Source: Felis catus
Taxonomy: Eukaryota
Assembly (NCBI RefSeq): GCF_018350175.1
Contig: NC_058368.1
Location: 94,614,001-94,678,000 of the forward strand
Reading direction: 5' to 3'
DNA length: 64,000 bases
In this document: one piece after another, positions 63,851 through 64,000 of the stretch
Layout of the letters: every line of letters begins with the position of its first letter
How positions within the stretch are numbered: position 1 is the stretch's first letter
Notes under the pieces: generated by a model
Told to the model about the DNA's origin: nothing
Database searches by the model: none
Seen by the model: the letters and a program-made list of their open reading frames with translations, nothing else
Translations under genes and position numbers: made by a program

Positions 63851-64000
63851 AGGATTTTTTTTTATGTTTCGTTTTTTTTATAATTTTTTTTAATGTTTAT
63901 TTATTTTGAGAGAGAGAGAGTGAGAGAGACAGATTGTAAGTGGGGGAGGGACAGAGAGGGAGACACAGAATCCGAAGCAGGCTCCAGGCACCCAGCTGGC

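Noticed and set aside
39108..64000. Terminal COMMD10 exons (SLEKVLVEFSHKELFDFYNK...)
   Set aside because: No matching sequence was seen, so they presumably lie beyond the window after a long intron.

Overview
Mammalian genomic DNA, almost certainly from a cat (Felidae), judged by about 58 carnivore tRNA-derived SINEs (hand count) that include the young felid CpG-rich type, plus a felid-type L1 3' end. The window lies inside the + strand gene COMMD10. Three internal coding exons are present (1955-2065, 4178-4333, 38997-39107), all phase 0-0 with canonical AG/GT; the start and the final exons are outside the window. Everything else is repeat-dense intron (CanSINEs, L1, L2, MIR, a MaLR LTR, microsatellites). 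Nearly all ORFs in the supplied track are SINE/L1 artefacts, and the track misses the real exons. I see no new protein-coding system. The most notable structure is a composite element at 33432-37721. A sense-strand, TSD-flanked L1 carries a displaced ORF2 fragment at its 5' junction and is interrupted by a 969-bp TG...CA solo LTR. That LTR has a 6-bp TSD, betaretrovirus-like architecture and poly(A)-like signals on both strands. Other leads: a 72-nt in-frame candidate cassette exon (781-852), inverted SINE pairs around stop-free symmetric exons, an L1-end/SINE-tail chimera, a 51-bp dispersed duplication and several compact palindromes. Repeat family names come from recalled consensus features, not a database search, and repeat boundaries are approximate unless TSD coordinates are given.
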